A stretch of 64,000 bases of DNA, taken from Eledone cirrhosa. Lineage: Eukaryota. This document shows positions 1-14,793 of the stretch, piece by piece. The translations under genes and the position numbers were made by a program. The stretch covers positions 88,660,001-88,724,000 of the forward strand of contig OZ024742.1 of assembly GCA_964016885.1 (NCBI GenBank). Reading direction: 5' to 3'. The notes under the pieces are model-generated. The model saw nothing but the letters and a program-made list of their open reading frames with translations, made no database searches and was not told where the DNA came from. Position 1 is the first letter of the stretch. Each line of letters begins with the position of its first letter.

Positions 1-210
1 ACGAAATAAGCTATACATATAAATTTCACATAAATAATGCATAAACGTTAACAATTACTATTATGAAATAACTGTACTATTTTCTGCTTTCTGTTACCAA
101 TAATTATTGATTCACTAATTGATAGAATAGTGTCGGATTCACGATAGCAGGATTCAAATTTAAAACTTGCTATCGTGAACTTGCTATAACATTGTTAAAT
201 CAGATACATT

Positions 211-396
211 ATGGTTTGGCAGTATCGGTAGAGGGTCGGACGCCATGCTTTTCAGCATAGTTACCTCCCTTTACGGTCTGAGTTCAAATCCCGCCGAGGT
301 TAACTTTGCATTTCATCCTTACGGGATCGATAAAATAAAGTACCAGTAATGTACTGGGTAATTTGATGGATCTGTGCCAAAAGTGGAACCAATTAT
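211..396 (+). mobile_element. tRNA-derived SINE (cephalopod-type)
   Basis: A-box-like TGGCAGTATCGGTAG and B-box GAGTTCAAATCC, then the core GAGGTTAACTTTGCATTTCATCCTTACGGGATCGATAAAATAAAGTACCAGT. Four more copies occur in the window. Confidence 0.85.
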
Positions 397-1259
397 GGTT
401 TTAAGAGAATGATCATGTATTTAATTCCATGTTAGTCTGGAACGAACCCATCCCTGATTAAAAGCATTCAAGATCTAACTATCCATGCTAATAATTTGCG
501 TCATGTGATATTATTCCACGTATCACTCTTTTAAAAGCACTGAGTTCTATTTTTGTCATATTAAGCACACTTGTAGCCATTCTTTCAATGATTAACTTTC
601 CACCAACATATACATGCCAGCTGATCGTAACGTGATATTGTAGCATATTTCGGGATAACGGTTAACATTTTACATATTTGTTTTGAGGAATACAGAGAAA
701 CAATTAAGTATTAACTCAAATTATATTCCGGAGTCATGTCAGATATTGTTTTGAAGATAATTGGTGGGTTTATTTAAATTAACTATCTTCATGTGAAAGC
801 TTAAGAGAGCAACATATGTTTTTCTATACAAACACTTACATTAACGTAACAATTTCATCATAAAAATAGAGTTAATTTACGCACCATGTCAAGATAGATG
901 ATTTTTATTGAAGAAAGGCTGTGTGCATCAAATGAAAAATGCGAATTATAAAAGGCTAACGCTTCCAGAAAAGCATATAATTTTTTATTATGTAGAATAT
1001 ACGTTTGTTTTGTAGACCTTCATGAACCATATGATTCCGTATCAGGGGATCGTGTGTGGAATCTTTTGGGGCAGTTTCCTGATGTCATATATCTATACGC
1101 ATGCCCTAGTATTTGTGTTAAAATGAATAATGTTAATTCAAAATCCATCAATGGGGGTATCGGACGCCACCACGCGTGCATACTGTACCTCAACATTTCA
1201 TAATTGTCCTGACAAGGACTGACAAGTGCAGCAAATGACATAGCATGTGTTGGATCTGC

Positions 1260-1800
1260 CGGCTGGCATTTTCAGACGTTAGGGTAATGCTTAACTCGTC
1301 GGAGGATCCCGGATATGCAATGCATAGTTTTGCTACCGAATGTTGCACGACAGGAACAGAAATGAGTGCTGAGAAGACTGAAACAATAACACTCTAAAGG
1401 AGATGGAAGGCAGGAGTCTGAACTATGCTTAGGAATTGCATGATCTGTTGCCGTAATGCGCCAACTCCAGCATTCTGTAATCAGAAGAAATGAGGTGTGT
1501 GTAAAATCCAAACTCACTATCTTCAATTGGTTATTCGTACCAACCATTACCTATGGTCGTGAATCCTGGGCATTACGGAAAGACTACCAACCTGAATACA
1601 AGCAGCGCAATGGGATTCCCCCGAACTGGCTTTAGAGCAACCTTACTCGATAGAGTGCGTAGCTCGAAGATCAGAGTATCATTCCAGGTAAATGCAACCC
1701 CTCCCCACACCACCACCCCGAATTGAGAGATCACACCCACGATGCTAAGAATATTTGGTCACAATGTATCAAGAATGAACCACGGGAAACGCCAACTGGT
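1260..1800 (+). pseudogene. Degenerate RTE-clade (Expander-like) LINE, RT/C-terminal fragment
   Basis: Broken frames give FSDVRVML..FATEC..EMSAEKTE, VPTITYGRESWA, IQAAQ, LLDRVRSSKIR and PRIERS, matching RTE ORF motifs. Confidence 0.7.
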
Positions 1801-1947
1801 AGGACTACATTTGTGTTTCCCGAGAAAAAAGGCTGAACAACATCCTAGAGCTCGGCTGCTCCCGTTTCAAATTGTTGCTTCTGTCAAGTCCAGTTGGAAA
1901 GCCTTCTTGGGGATTATGCCAACCGCATGTCACTCACAGGAATATAT

Positions 1948-2061
1948 AGAAGAAGAAGAAGAAGAAGAAGAAGAAGAAGAAGAAGAAGAAGAAGAAGAAG
2001 AAGAAGAAGAAGAAGAAGAAGAAGAAGAAGAAGAAGAAGAAGAAGAAGAAGAAGAAGAAGA
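1948..2061. repeat. (GAA)n microsatellite
   Basis: Perfect trinucleotide run; it explains the poly-E/R/L ORFs. Confidence 0.98.
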
Positions 2062-2738
2062 TTGGGCCATTTGGGACTGAGATATGGGTCAGATTTGCGT
2101 GCTATGTTGGCTTTGGGCGCCATCTAGTTCTACTCCACTGGCTCGGTGTCTACGGTCACCGTAATTCTCCGCCCGATGTTGCTATCCTTTCGGTAATTGT
2201 GTCTATAAATCTTGATCCGGTGTCAGGATATCTGTGACACTTTGAATGAAGTAATGACATATTACTAAATAATTATGAAATCAGTAAATGACAAATGATT
2301 TTGACAGGACTTTCGTACAATAGTAAAGTTGTGAGTAAAAAAAAAACGGAAGGGCGATTATCATATCAGATTCACTTGCTGGGTTTACTTGATAAACGCT
2401 GAGATGCATTTCGAATAACTGAATATTCATTTGTCTTTATACTGACAAACAGTTTTCACTGTTAAACATTAGAGGTTTCGTCTCTTACATTGATTGCTCC
2501 CAGGTGTGTGCATTATAAATTAACATGTATTAACAATATAACTGTCTCATTAATTCATGTGAGAGATTAATCAGTGCAATCGTTATTCATGTTTTTCAAG
2601 AAAACATAGTAATGTAGATTATAATTACATGTCAGGGAAAGTAGAAAATAGTAGTGTATACGTACATCATATATGATGAAATTTCTTTATTCAGTGTCTT
2701 CATTTCTTACATAATTACCTAATACATACCAACATAAT

Positions 2739-2778
2739 GCACACACACACACACACACACTCACACACATACACATAC

Positions 2779-2811
<33 letters not shown>

Positions 2812-2898
2812 TACCCACACATATGCACACACATACACACATACACACATAGACACGCACACACACACGCTTACACAGAGACACACACACACACAAAC

Positions 2899-2932
<34 letters not shown>

Positions 2933-2950
2933 ATGTGTGTGTGCGTGTGT

Positions 2951-3029
<79 letters not shown>

Positions 3030-3045
3030 TGTGTGTGTGTGTGTG
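2739..3045. repeat. Compound (CA)n-(TA)n-(TG)n microsatellite
   Basis: Read directly; the arrangement is self-complementary. Confidence 0.95.
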
Positions 3046-4929
3046 TTCTTGTCATGAAGAAATGAGAGAAGGAAATAAGTAATATAATTATTAGTTCACC
3101 TATATTTATCATTTACTAGTAACCTAACTGAAATTTAGCTGTGTCTGTCACATTTCATTGTGTGAATGTTTGATATTAATTTTGTCGTAAGTACGTCGGT
3201 CGTTTTATGGAGTAGATAAGTGTTCATTTCACATACAATATTTGCATAGGTGACAACTTCCTCCGAGTACGTATAACTAGTATCAATGTTATGTTAGAAT
3301 CATTTAAATCGATTGTGTTATATCGTAACAAATCAATATTTATATATTCCATCACTGTGGCAACAACTTCTCCTTTATAATGGCATATACATTTAGAACA
3401 CTGAATTTAAGATACGTTATAATCACACATTTAAAGGAAGAAATGATAATATGTTTAGGCATATAAACCAAACTGTATACAAATTATTTGGTGGAGTACC
3501 GTGTTAAAGATTTCACTTGAGAGTACTGCTGTTCAAGTGTATTAACTTAGATCTTGTAAACTCTTACTGTTATGCTAACTCAACAATTTATTGCTACAAT
3601 ATAATTCTAAAGTCACTGCTAGATCATGTCGCGGTCTTACAAATTTTATTGTAAAAGTATTGTTCCAGGCACTCATGGAGAGAGGGATAAGATGGTTAAT
3701 TGAATTAAATTTCATCATGTTATCAAGAGACGAACACATACTCTGCGACTTGAAAGTAATCATACAATATATGTGATTCGAGTCCCGTTAATGAGGTTCA
3801 TCGTCTTGGCTCTCTGACATTGGTGCGTATAACGCGTATTATTATTTAAATATAATATTATCAATTATTTCATACAATAATTCATTGATCTTGATGAGTG
3901 AATAAGTAAGTGAATGAGGCAATTATATATTTCAAATCATTAATACGCTTCATGAATGGTGGGAGTACATAATTAGTATCTGCACCCTACAATTAAAGAA
4001 TTACAGCATATTATTAAATAATTGTTACAGAGGAAGAGATTTTGTGAACATGATGACTGGGGAATCACTCCAGGAAATAATCGTAGACCTAGATCAATTA
4101 TACTAATGACTCATTTACCGGCTAGGCGAAGGCTTGTATTCCATAAGTTCAATAGGAATTAGTTATAATGAACGTGGGCTATTTCTATCACTGTGTTTAA
4201 AACAGCTGAATCTCCATGATTACTTATCACGTTTAAAGAATATACGAAGAAATGTGTAGAGAAGCATTCTGATGTCAACTAGTGCACTCTATAACCGATT
4301 TGTTATTTATTGAATTATACTTCTAGTACACACACAGGATGCGTCTACATGTGTTGGCTTTGCAGTTTGTGTGGTGGAGGATTGCCGTTGTTGATGCTGG
4401 TGTTGTTTTTGTGCTGCTCATCTGATCACACTTGGTTGGGTTGCCCACAAAAACAAGATGTATGACTAAAAAAAAGGAGAGCTTTGAAAATAAACAAGTA
4501 AACATCAGATTACTAATCTAAACGACTGGAAGAGTTTATAATAAATTGAAGTAAAAACCGACAGGTGCGTGTGTTTATTTTTGCAGCATGCCCCACCCCC
4601 CACCCCCACACAAAAAGTATAATTATATGGTCGTATGTGTGTCTGAATGTGTGTGTATGTATATATGTGAGGTAAGGAAGAAGGGAAAATGAACACAGAG
4701 AGGGGGAAAGGAATAGATACATCCTGCTCGTATAGATTATATTTTTGGAAAGTAAAGGTACACTTCTATATATATATTTTTAGGAAACCAAAGGCAACTG
4801 TGCAGAACATTTAATTGCACAAGACGTTGTGGGATAAAAGACATTGTATGATAATCAGTCTTGTTCAATTATCTTAATATAATTGTAGGTCACGTTAAGT
4901 GAAAGGATATATGATATTTAAAAGTATTT

Positions 4930-5860
4930 ATAGGAAAAGGGTGCTAATCCTGCCCTGTCCAGTTCTCTTGTTTTCCCCTGATTGTGTCAAAGATGGTGAT
5001 ATTTCCTCCCCATCAGCCAAGACATGACGATTAGGGTTTACTTGGGTTACTCGAACCGTAACAAGTTTTTGGCCCCAGTATGTTGGTCCAAAACGTGTTA
5101 CGGTTCGAGTAATCGATTTCGCTGTGGAGTGGTGTGATTGATTGTGTACCGGTTTCTTGAGGGGTGGCGAAGAGAACATACAGAGTCCCATGTTTTGTCC
5201 CGCGGACTATGTTTTTAAGTGCCCACAAAGCTCCCATAGCTCGCCCACTCCCTTGAATGCGATTAGATTCCAGTTGTGTGGTACGAGACTGTACAAAGAC
5301 GTCTGTTCTCCATGAAATCAGATGGATGAGCGAGGCTGACCCTGTGGTCGCTCTTCTTCACCAACCGCTTGACCTCCTTCATTTCCTCCTCGCTGGCGTA
5401 GACCCTTTCTACATTTTCAGCCGCCTTTGCGAAGGTTATGGTCCTTTTGGCGGCTCCTGCCTGCGTTGAAACCTCATCATCTCTGCTGCTGTGCCTTTTT
5501 TGTTGTTGCTGTCATGGTTGTTGTTATTGTCGTCGTTGTTGCTATTGTTGTTGTTGTTATTATTGTTGTTCGTGTTATTGCTGTTCCCATTTATGTTGAC
5601 GTTCTTGTCTGTGTTACTGTTATTTTTTTTTTTTTTATTATATGTATTGTTGCATTGTTGGTGGTATTGTTGTTATTGATATTGTTGTTCCTGATATTAT
5701 TCTTATCGTTTTCCATGTTCTTAATCTTGTTCTCGGGCTTGTCTGTGTTGGTTTTAATTGTATGCATTGTTTTAATTGTTGTTATCGTGGTGGCGGTGTT
5801 AGTGGTGTTATTGGTGTTGGGTTTACTTGCCGTCGTTGTGGTGGTGATGGTGGCGTTTAA
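4930..5860 (-). pseudogene. Tx1/L1-like LINE ORF1 5' fragment
   Basis: ITFAKAAENV..EMKEVKRLVKKSDHR, RGTKHGTLYVLFATPQE and PTYWGQKLVTVRVTQV align with the ORF1 copies at 16.6-17.0 kb and 21.2 kb. AAC-rich low-complexity N-terminus. Confidence 0.75.
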
Positions 5861-7939
5861 ATATGTAAATAATTATAGACAGTCTATTTCGTTTTCGGTT
5901 GCTGCACGAGATAAATTTAATTATTGTTGTTGTCATCGATGTTGCCAGTAATGATGGTAGGCGTAACGCTAACATGATAGTTGCAGTGGTGGGGTGTCAC
6001 TCCTCTCAACATGTAAGCTGCTGTCACTTGGCATCTGCCTCAATGTGAGGTGTCGTATTCCGTCCATATTTGAAATAGAAAAAGTATTTGTAAAAACACA
6101 ATCTAACGTTCAATTATTTGCGACTTTGGCCCTAATATTATGGAGAGTCCCTTCTTGGGACAAAGTTAAAAGACCCATGTTCCTTTTGTAACATAAATTA
6201 CTAACAGCAAAAGATATAAATACGTTAAAACAACAATCTTGCTGCTATTGGTGATAATAGAGTACAGGTAGATTGTACATAATAGATGAAAAATAATTAA
6301 TAGTAATAATTAAAGGTTAAGAAACAAATAGGAGAAAAAAAGAATAAAATGTATAAAATGATGAAAGATAAAAAATTGAAAATATATAATACATAATAAA
6401 ACGTATGTATGTATAAAAGTAAGAAATAAAGAAAATATATATATAGGATTGAAATCAGAATGGATGCAGTAAAACCAGTTATTCGATATTTGGAGTAGTA
6501 GAGTGAGTAATATGAAAACAACGGGGCGCCCACGGCTGTCCCGGTTTTAACATAGATATTCTGAATAAAAATGACCAAAGTATTAACAAAGACAAATGTA
6601 AACAAATAATAAAAAAGAGAATGGAACATAATAAATAAATAAGTGAAGTGAACGGAGACGGAACCGAGATGCTAGAATGACAGGCTGAAAGCACATTGAC
6701 CATTTCTGCTCATCTTAACCCTTGCTTTAATTATCATGTTTCGTACAACTATGTGGTCGTAAAGCCTTCGAAAGAGGGAGAGAGGGGGAATTGTAAGAGG
6801 TAAAGATGACGGAAAATGAAGGCAGAGATGAGAGCGGGAATAGATACATCCTATTCGTATATATTATAAGGACATATGAAATTATCTTCCGTGCACAGTA
6901 TCATAGTAATACGTACAGTTTTTGGTATCGACATCAATGAAATATGTCACAATTGTATTTCAAACAGTTTAATTCCTAATTTTACAGCTCATTGTCCAGC
7001 TTAGTTCTTTTTTTTAGTTTAGTTCTTTTTTATGATTTTTCAACATTTCCTAATATAAACGATGTCTTCAACCTCGTACACTAATACACCTTAGTGCATG
7101 AGTTTTAAAGAGCCAGGGATTAATGGAAGGAATTTTCTATTGTAACGTGTTTATAAAATATTATTTCAGTAAATCTGATAAGGATAAAATGCATTGGACT
7201 GAATGTCAAAGAGAAATAAATATTTCCTAACTTCTAAATATTCTTAGCTTGTGGCTACCGATACAATCGCCTAAGAAGTTAGTGTCAATTGATTTAATGT
7301 TACGAAAGACATGGATGTGTTAGTTTCGACAAGGTTTATTTGAAGATCCCTTCATCAAATGCGATGTTGAATTTACTTGCTGAACTGACAAAGATCAAAC
7401 CTTCCAAGAAACATATCGGACAGATTCACGAGACACTCTCCTGGTAAATAAAATTTCCTTTGTTACAAATACACTACGGTTCTTAAAATTATCACATATT
7501 AGGAAGAATATATCTCGTATGTATATGCAGAAGTTGTTTATTATAACAATGGAAAATGTTATCAAAAATGAATTGTTATTAATATTAGTGGTTCCCAATT
7601 ACAACAAGGGATTATAAATTATATGAATGGTGAATATGCAGTTTTGTATTCTGCTTTCGAATTTCTCATGTATATGTTATAGAAGGTCATGTTCACAATA
7701 AAAACATTTTACAATATGTATGTATGTGCATGTGTATGTATGCATGTGTATAAGTATGTATGCATGTTTTGTATGTATACATACATGTGTATATGTTGTT
7801 ATGTATGTATGTGTGTATGCATGTATGTATTTATGTTTGTATGTATAAATATATTTATGAATGTATGTGTGAATCTATCTATAAATGCATATATGCATGT
7901 CCGTATGTATTCTTATATCCATGTATTTATTCGTACATG

Positions 7940-8990
7940 TGTTTTAGCTTCCATATTTCAGTACCGCAGCACAAATACCATTTATCCCTGGTGACATTAT
8001 ATTATTGAGTTGCTTTACAGCCACTTCGGCATTTTCAACGTAGGATTTTCTGCTAGAATGTCATGTGTATGCAATTAGGAATTAAGTCAATAAACTCTCC
8101 ATTGACCTGAGAGATCCTATACAATATTTAGTTGAAATGCTCCCCCAGTCAAAAGAATGTTCTTTGCGTCCAAACAATACTTTGCTATTTTGAGATTCAA
8201 AGGTGCAATGCAGGTAGAATAGGTGCAGTAGATTTCTAGAAATAAGTTGTAATGTAGATGTGGATTGTTGGCATCAGCTTCAGGCTGAAAATCTTCATTT
8301 ACGTCTCCAATATATATAAATATTGCATGCTACAGATCTTGTGCTGTAAGTTTGCCACCACTCACTTCAACAATATTTCCCTTGTTACAGCACCATGCCC
8401 TCCTGCAAGTGTCTCATTTGCTCACAGTTTATTGAAGCAGTTTTAATTTGAGAAATATCTCATTTCTTCAGAACAAAAATAAATACTTGCTGATATTTTC
8501 AGCTTCACTACACATTTTACATTAGTGCATACAACATGGCCTGGACATTAGTCAGCTCTTCGCATCGCTCTGACATTTGAGATGTCTTGACAATCACGCC
8601 TATACACAATAACAAATTTATCATGTGCTACAGCTTTGAGCCTAAATTCATACAGGTGGTATGTGTTTCTCCTTGTACTGTAAGAAGGTTTATTTATACA
8701 AGGTTTTTGATGTTAGCCCACTGCAATTATATTTTCCAATCCCATGTTTACCAATCCGATGCATTTCTATGGGGTCCTTCTTTCTTTCCCCTTCTTACTA
8801 AACTGATAGGTACGTTTGGGAGGAAGAAAGTGTTCTTCAAAACTAGAAAGATTCGTTGGTAGTGATAATGTGTAAAGGGAAGTGTGCAAAGTATGATTGT
8901 AGTTATGAAATTGGGTCACCCTCCTGGTCGTCTTGTTACACGAATGCAGGAAGTTGTTTTGTGCGAAAGATAAAATGTGATTATTCAATA
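7940..8990 (-). pseudogene. Highly degenerate APE-type LINE (RTE-like) remnant
   Basis: Weak remnants of the APE G-x-G-x-x-N and K-S-P-G-x-D regions across frameshifts. Confidence 0.4.
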
Positions 8991-11900
8991 GCCAAAAAAG
9001 TTTAATCTATTTCACATATCCAAATGATGTTGAAAAGAATAATATTCAATTTCAATTTGCCAGCATATATGGGTAAAATAATTGACTTAAAATTGCTGGA
9101 AGATACACTAATATATTTTATATTATATACTACTGAACTATTTATTTACAAAATGTATTCAGAGTTTTTTTTTTAATCTAATAAATTGCACAGCCTTTAC
9201 TAAACCACTACGTTATTTATGGAATACAAATGCTAAGTAAACTGTCGAATAAACCTGGCGTTAACCAAATACATTTCCTGTGAATATCCCGAAGGTTTTG
9301 CGACTGCCATTCGTTTCAAGGATGAACTGATGGAAATATTTGTCATCTGAAGTGACAGCGCTGAAGGTTGAAAAGAAAATCAGAAAGTCAAACACTGTCA
9401 GAGAATTCCCAATTTCTATTATAGTGTTTATTTCTTATATAGATGTATATAAACTTCTTTATGTTATGTTTATATTGATTTATTTTTCGCAGCTGGCCTC
9501 ACTCTTTTGCGCATAAATTCCTTACATTATTTACTTTTCAGGATAATATTTTATTCTATTTAGTTTTGTTGTTTTTTATATTTCAGCAAATGACAGCATT
9601 CTGTGATTTGCACTTAGTAATATATGCGCCCAACTATTCTTTCAATTGCTGTTGCATGCTAAAACTAGTTTGTTTAATGTTATTGATAAAGAGTCATCTG
9701 CCTACCGTGTCCCCGTGAATGAATTATATCAATGAAAGAACACGTATTGCTTTTATTCTTTTTTCCTTCACAAAGAACTGTCTGGGATATTGGCATATGT
9801 TTAGATTGTTGTTTTTTTCTCTCTTTTTCTGCGCTAATCAATATCATAATTGTATTTCTCTCCTTTCTACCTCTTCTTTCTAACTTTCCAATTATTTGAT
9901 ATTGTTTACTTATTTACATCACACTTAATTTTCCTGTGAAACTTATTTCGTTGCTTTCATATCCATATACAAGTAAAAGGCGGCATTTGTCCAAATTCCA
10001 ATCCTTTTACTACATATTTTTTTACCACCAATTCTTATTTCCTTCCATCATACTCGTTTATTTTTTTATTTTCATTTAACGCAGAATATTTATTATCCAT
10101 AATAACAAAGACATGTTTAATATTCTTTTGATCGTAATCATTCATCCATATTTCTAGCCAACCAATCATTGAGTTCTGTTTTCCAATCTCGTATCTCTCT
10201 ATCGCTTTCTGTTCAGCCTTTTGTTCATACAAACAGACTGATATAAACACTCACATAGATCATATATTTTCTGTAGTACTAAAACGAATATGTTATGGAC
10301 CTAGCTATGTGTAACGTTGACAGGAACTGCAGGCTTCAATTGGAATTGTTGAGGCAATGAGAACCTGATGAAATAATAAATAAATAAGTAAATAAATAAA
10401 CAATTAAGTAAATAAATAACCGCTTCATTTCCTCAATTCAAATTATGTGAGAATTTATATCATAAGTCATAACTGAGAAAATAATTTTCATAAAATTTCA
10501 TTTCTGTGATATTAATCATCATCGTCTTCATCATCCTTATCACTATCAATAAACTTATGTTCATAATTCTCCATAACAATTCCAACGCCATCCTCTTTCT
10601 CATCATCATTAATTATGATCAGTGCCTGCATGTCATCATCAACGACATTATTTACGAGTGGGGAAATGTAAAGTGCCCGATGCGATTTGCTACAAATTAC
10701 AAAATTATTCTATCTTAATGTAGAAACGACACATTGAAGAAAAAACATTGCCGTTGGTATAATGAGGCAGAGAAAATACAAAATGGCTTTTTTGGGAACG
10801 CCACCAGAATAGCTCCGCTCATTGAAATATGATCTGAGACTAATGGTCGATAACATTAAGAATAATTTCATCAGAATCATCACCCACATCTCTTGTTTGA
10901 TGTTGGCAACTTGGTTTGTAATCTGTCTATGCTGTTCCAGCTAGCAGATATATGTTTAGACAGCCTAGGTGGTCTAGAAAGACTGGATGAAATCCATTGT
11001 GGTTAGACCAGTTGAATAGAATGTTATGCGGTACGTGTTTCGGCTCTGTGCGTTCAGCGTGTTGAGCTCTGATCTTCCTTCATCAAGTATAACATTGTCT
11101 AGTGTGTATTGTCTTCTACAAGACAGTAAATTAGGAATTATCGGAGATTCGGTTGCATTTTCTAACTTATCGTTAATTTATGAAGTTATTCCTCGCTGGC
11201 TTGTTTAGAATGCTGCTTATTCTAGCAACGGCTGTAATTGTGCCATCATGGTCATCCTATTTGAAGTGTATGTATTGTTGTTGCACTAAACAATGATACA
11301 GGGCTCATAGATAGAGTTTGAAATTAACCAGTTCGTGTTTTTATTGATATATACATTTTCGGTATGTGTGTGTTGGTATATACACAGTTGCAGCGACTAT
11401 GACGGATTGAGTTGGTTGCTTCGCCAACATGTTCCTCGCATGATCAGGTCTATTATTTTAAACGTTGGTTTCGTTGTTCAACTGGTCTATTTACAGACTG
11501 CTGTTTTATTGTTTCTATTACGTAGGCTTCCTTTGCTATTCTCGAGGATTGTTTTCCCTCACTGGGATACTCTATATTAACAATCAACATCGATTTCTGA
11601 TGATTGTTCTATAAACAGAATGTGCTCTCGCAGTTATGTATTTAATGTCCCCAAACATTCATTTCATGCAAGTATCTTAGAAGTATTAAATTGAAATCCA
11701 TTCAGCATATTGATACATATTCTCCCACCGGAATGCCTAAATCACATTCCTGCTGTTTCCTCTTTTAAAATAAGCAACGTCAATCCCTACTGATCTCACG
11801 TAGCTATATAAAAATACTTATTAAAATTACTTTGACGCCTCCTACATCATTGTTTATCGATCCGCATGTGTTTACGCTGAATAAAAGCAGCAACAATCTC

Positions 11901-12064
11901 CCTAGTTATAAAGGTTAGTAAACAAAACTGGGATTGTTCTTTCACTTCGGAATAATTAATGGAATATCTACTTCACCTCTCCAGTCAAGATTCATAATTT
12001 TCCTCAAGTTACTGCATGTACCGTTATGTAAACGCATTATTTTCTTTTTACAAAATTCTTCCCA

Positions 12065-12138
12065 TTCTTCTTCTTCTTCTTCTTCTTCTTCTTCTTCTTC
12101 TTCTTCTTCTTCTTCTTCTTCTTCTTCTTCTTCTTCTT
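12065..12138. repeat. (TTC)n microsatellite
   Basis: Perfect run. Confidence 0.98.
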
Positions 12139-12283
12139 GACCTGGAAGTGTCCAGGTTCCTATCAGAAGCAAGCGTCTCTAAATGATCCGGGTAGACCCC
12201 ATGGAGATCAACCGATCACTCAATGTACATCTAGACAGCAGGTGAAAAATGGGTTAATATTTTTCTCACAAAGTTTGCAAATT

Positions 12284-12399
12284 AATAACTGTTTCTACCT
12301 TTGGTACAAGGCCAGCAACTACCCAGTACATTACTGGTACTTTATTTTATCGACGCTGTAAGGATGAAAGGCACATTTAACCTCGACGGGATTTGAACT
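12284..12399 (-). mobile_element. tRNA-derived SINE, 5'-truncated
   Basis: Reverse complement of the SINE core and B-box seen at 211-396. Confidence 0.85.
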
Positions 12400-14750
12400 A
12401 ACATATGTTGATGAATTTATTCCACTTTACCATATTTTCATAATTCCCTTCCTTTAATTCGAACTCACAAGGAGGTGATTAATTGTATTCCAATTGCATC
12501 CACCAATGTTTTTAAGGCAACTAACTACAATCCTTTATGATTTTTGTGGAGTATAATACTCCTTGAGAATTTGACTGAAATTACTGCGGATATTAATTGG
12601 CTGAGCTACACAAAACTTTCTCTGATTTTGCTGTCAAATATTTTATAATATATTTGTTTCAAGTTTGCCTTTTGAATACTCTAATATCTATAATTATGTA
12701 ACAGATGTTACATTGAATGAAGACAGAAAAATATATAAATAAATGCGGACCACTTACACAACTGATTCAGAATTTAATAAATAAACAACGAGAAGTGAAA
12801 GAGTCATTTTCAGAATTTATTACAACGAAAATTTTATGAGGTGCGACTAGGTCTTAGCAGAATGATTCCGGAGATCATATTCACTGATTGCGATATTTAA
12901 CTGACATGTATACTCAGCTGATAATCATTGACTATGGTTGAACTGAGTCTGTCAAGAGAATGGGCTTCATACTCGTGTTCAATTATTGCACGATGTTGTG
13001 TAACGTTGTATTTGAATGACACTGGTTTGTTTAGAAAGAAAACCTAAATGACCCAGCAACTTAAGCGCATCAAGCTCGTAAAACATCCTACGGAACACAG
13101 GAGAGCAATAGGTGGATATGCGTTTGGTCGATTGCATTTGTAAAGCAGCTGCGCTTCAAACCGGTAGAATATCGCCGCAGGTTTATGACACTTGCGAAAT
13201 ATACTTTGAATAATATATTCTCCAAAATGTTCAAATGTTGGTATATGCATTCCTCCACCAATTGTGATGTACATGCCACTCATCATTCACTGTTTATATC
13301 ATAATATTTGCTTACTTAATGAAACAATTTGGAAAATAGTCTGGTGTTAGTAATATTCAAATGTAATATTTTGAAATTCTCCCAGAATATTCTTGTCTGA
13401 CACCGTGTATTTCTCCTTACCAATACTTTTATTGCATTGAGAATCTCCTCACCATTCTACAGTAAACCTAGATACATAGTGTTTCTTTCTTCCTTTCATT
13501 AATATTGCCTTATTATGTGAAACACCATTTCAATTCTCGTCTTTGCCTCTCCTAGTCTTGTTGCTCCCATGTCCTTGTTGAATATATTCGTGCATTATTA
13601 TCCAATCGGTATCAACTTCTTTGGTTGTAGATATATTTACATTGTAATGTAAATTCAGAAGAAGCAATACAGTTTTGGACTAAATATTTAGACAGATTTC
13701 CTTTGAAGGACATAATTCAATTATATCACAAGTTTGTTAATATCCTTTTCATCGTGCATCATTTAATTTCGTAAATACTTTTCACACTTTTCTACTATCG
13801 TTATAACTACGACAATATTATGTTTCCTCAAGTTCGCGACGTCAAATGCACCTAATTGTACATCTTCCAATAAATCACTTGATTGACATTTTATATACTC
13901 TGTTTCTTATTATATCCCGGATAGTAATTTCTATCGTTGATATCAAGCACATTAGAAAATGTATAAATAAACCTTCCAACAATAAAAACGTGGATTGGTC
14001 TCCTTGATTCACATCAACCACATATTTCATAATGGAAAATCTATATTTACTTTATATTTATAAGTATCATTAACGTGTCTAAATCTTTGACGCATAAGAA
14101 TATATCACCTTACGGTCCAGCCTAAACACTTCATTCGTTACTTCTTTGTCATATGTATTATGATTTTTTTTTTTTTTCCTAAAAGGAAATCCTATATATC
14201 ATTTGTTAGAAATCTAACTTCGCCATCGTATAATGTTATATCAGTAACTGAGATGCGTGTTCTGTAGTATATGTAAGTTGCCTAAATGATTTACTTTACT
14301 ATTTTATCTTGGTCATTTCTCTTTGATTTTCTGTCGGCTACAACTGAATTAACTGCTTCTACGCCAATAATCTTCTTAACAGTTAGATGAGTTTTCACGT
14401 TGCCCTGAAACGTGATTTATCTTTCATTGCTTTGGCACGTACTTTCCATCTTCCATTCACACCCATATTTATGTGAGTGCAATATGCACAGTTATCGTTC
14501 TTTCATATCCGTTGATAAGCATACTCTCTATCTAGATTGGTAGTTTAAACTACCGACTAATTCTGAAAAGGCACTGCTTGTTTCTGTCAGCATAGACATC
14601 AGCACGTTATATAAAATAACATAATATTGAGCACATATTTCTCAAGCACTCTCACTTAGCAATTGTTAAATTTGATCGCTCATATGCATATTTTAAACAT
14701 GTATCTAATTATATTTTAGAAGTGGTTATATTGATATATCATCTATTTTC

Positions 14751-14754
<4 letters not shown>

Positions 14755-14793
<39 letters not shown>

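Noticed and set aside
138-179. 12-bp hairpin TTCACGATAGCA/TGCTATCGTGAA
   Set aside because: Isolated, with no Helitron CTRR end or second copy.
211-300. tRNA gene
   Set aside because: A/B boxes belong to a multi-copy SINE; no full cloverleaf.
4327-4495. Possible terminal exon; one frame reads CRC-TGA-CWCC (selenocysteine-like), followed by AATAAA
   Set aside because: No recognisable homology, no partner exons and no SECIS seen; the frame is ambiguous.
5427-5951. Hydrophobic 174-aa 'membrane protein' ORF (also 16344-16805 and 41665-41898)
   Set aside because: It is the antisense of AAC-rich LINE ORF1 low-complexity sequence or of trinucleotide repeats.
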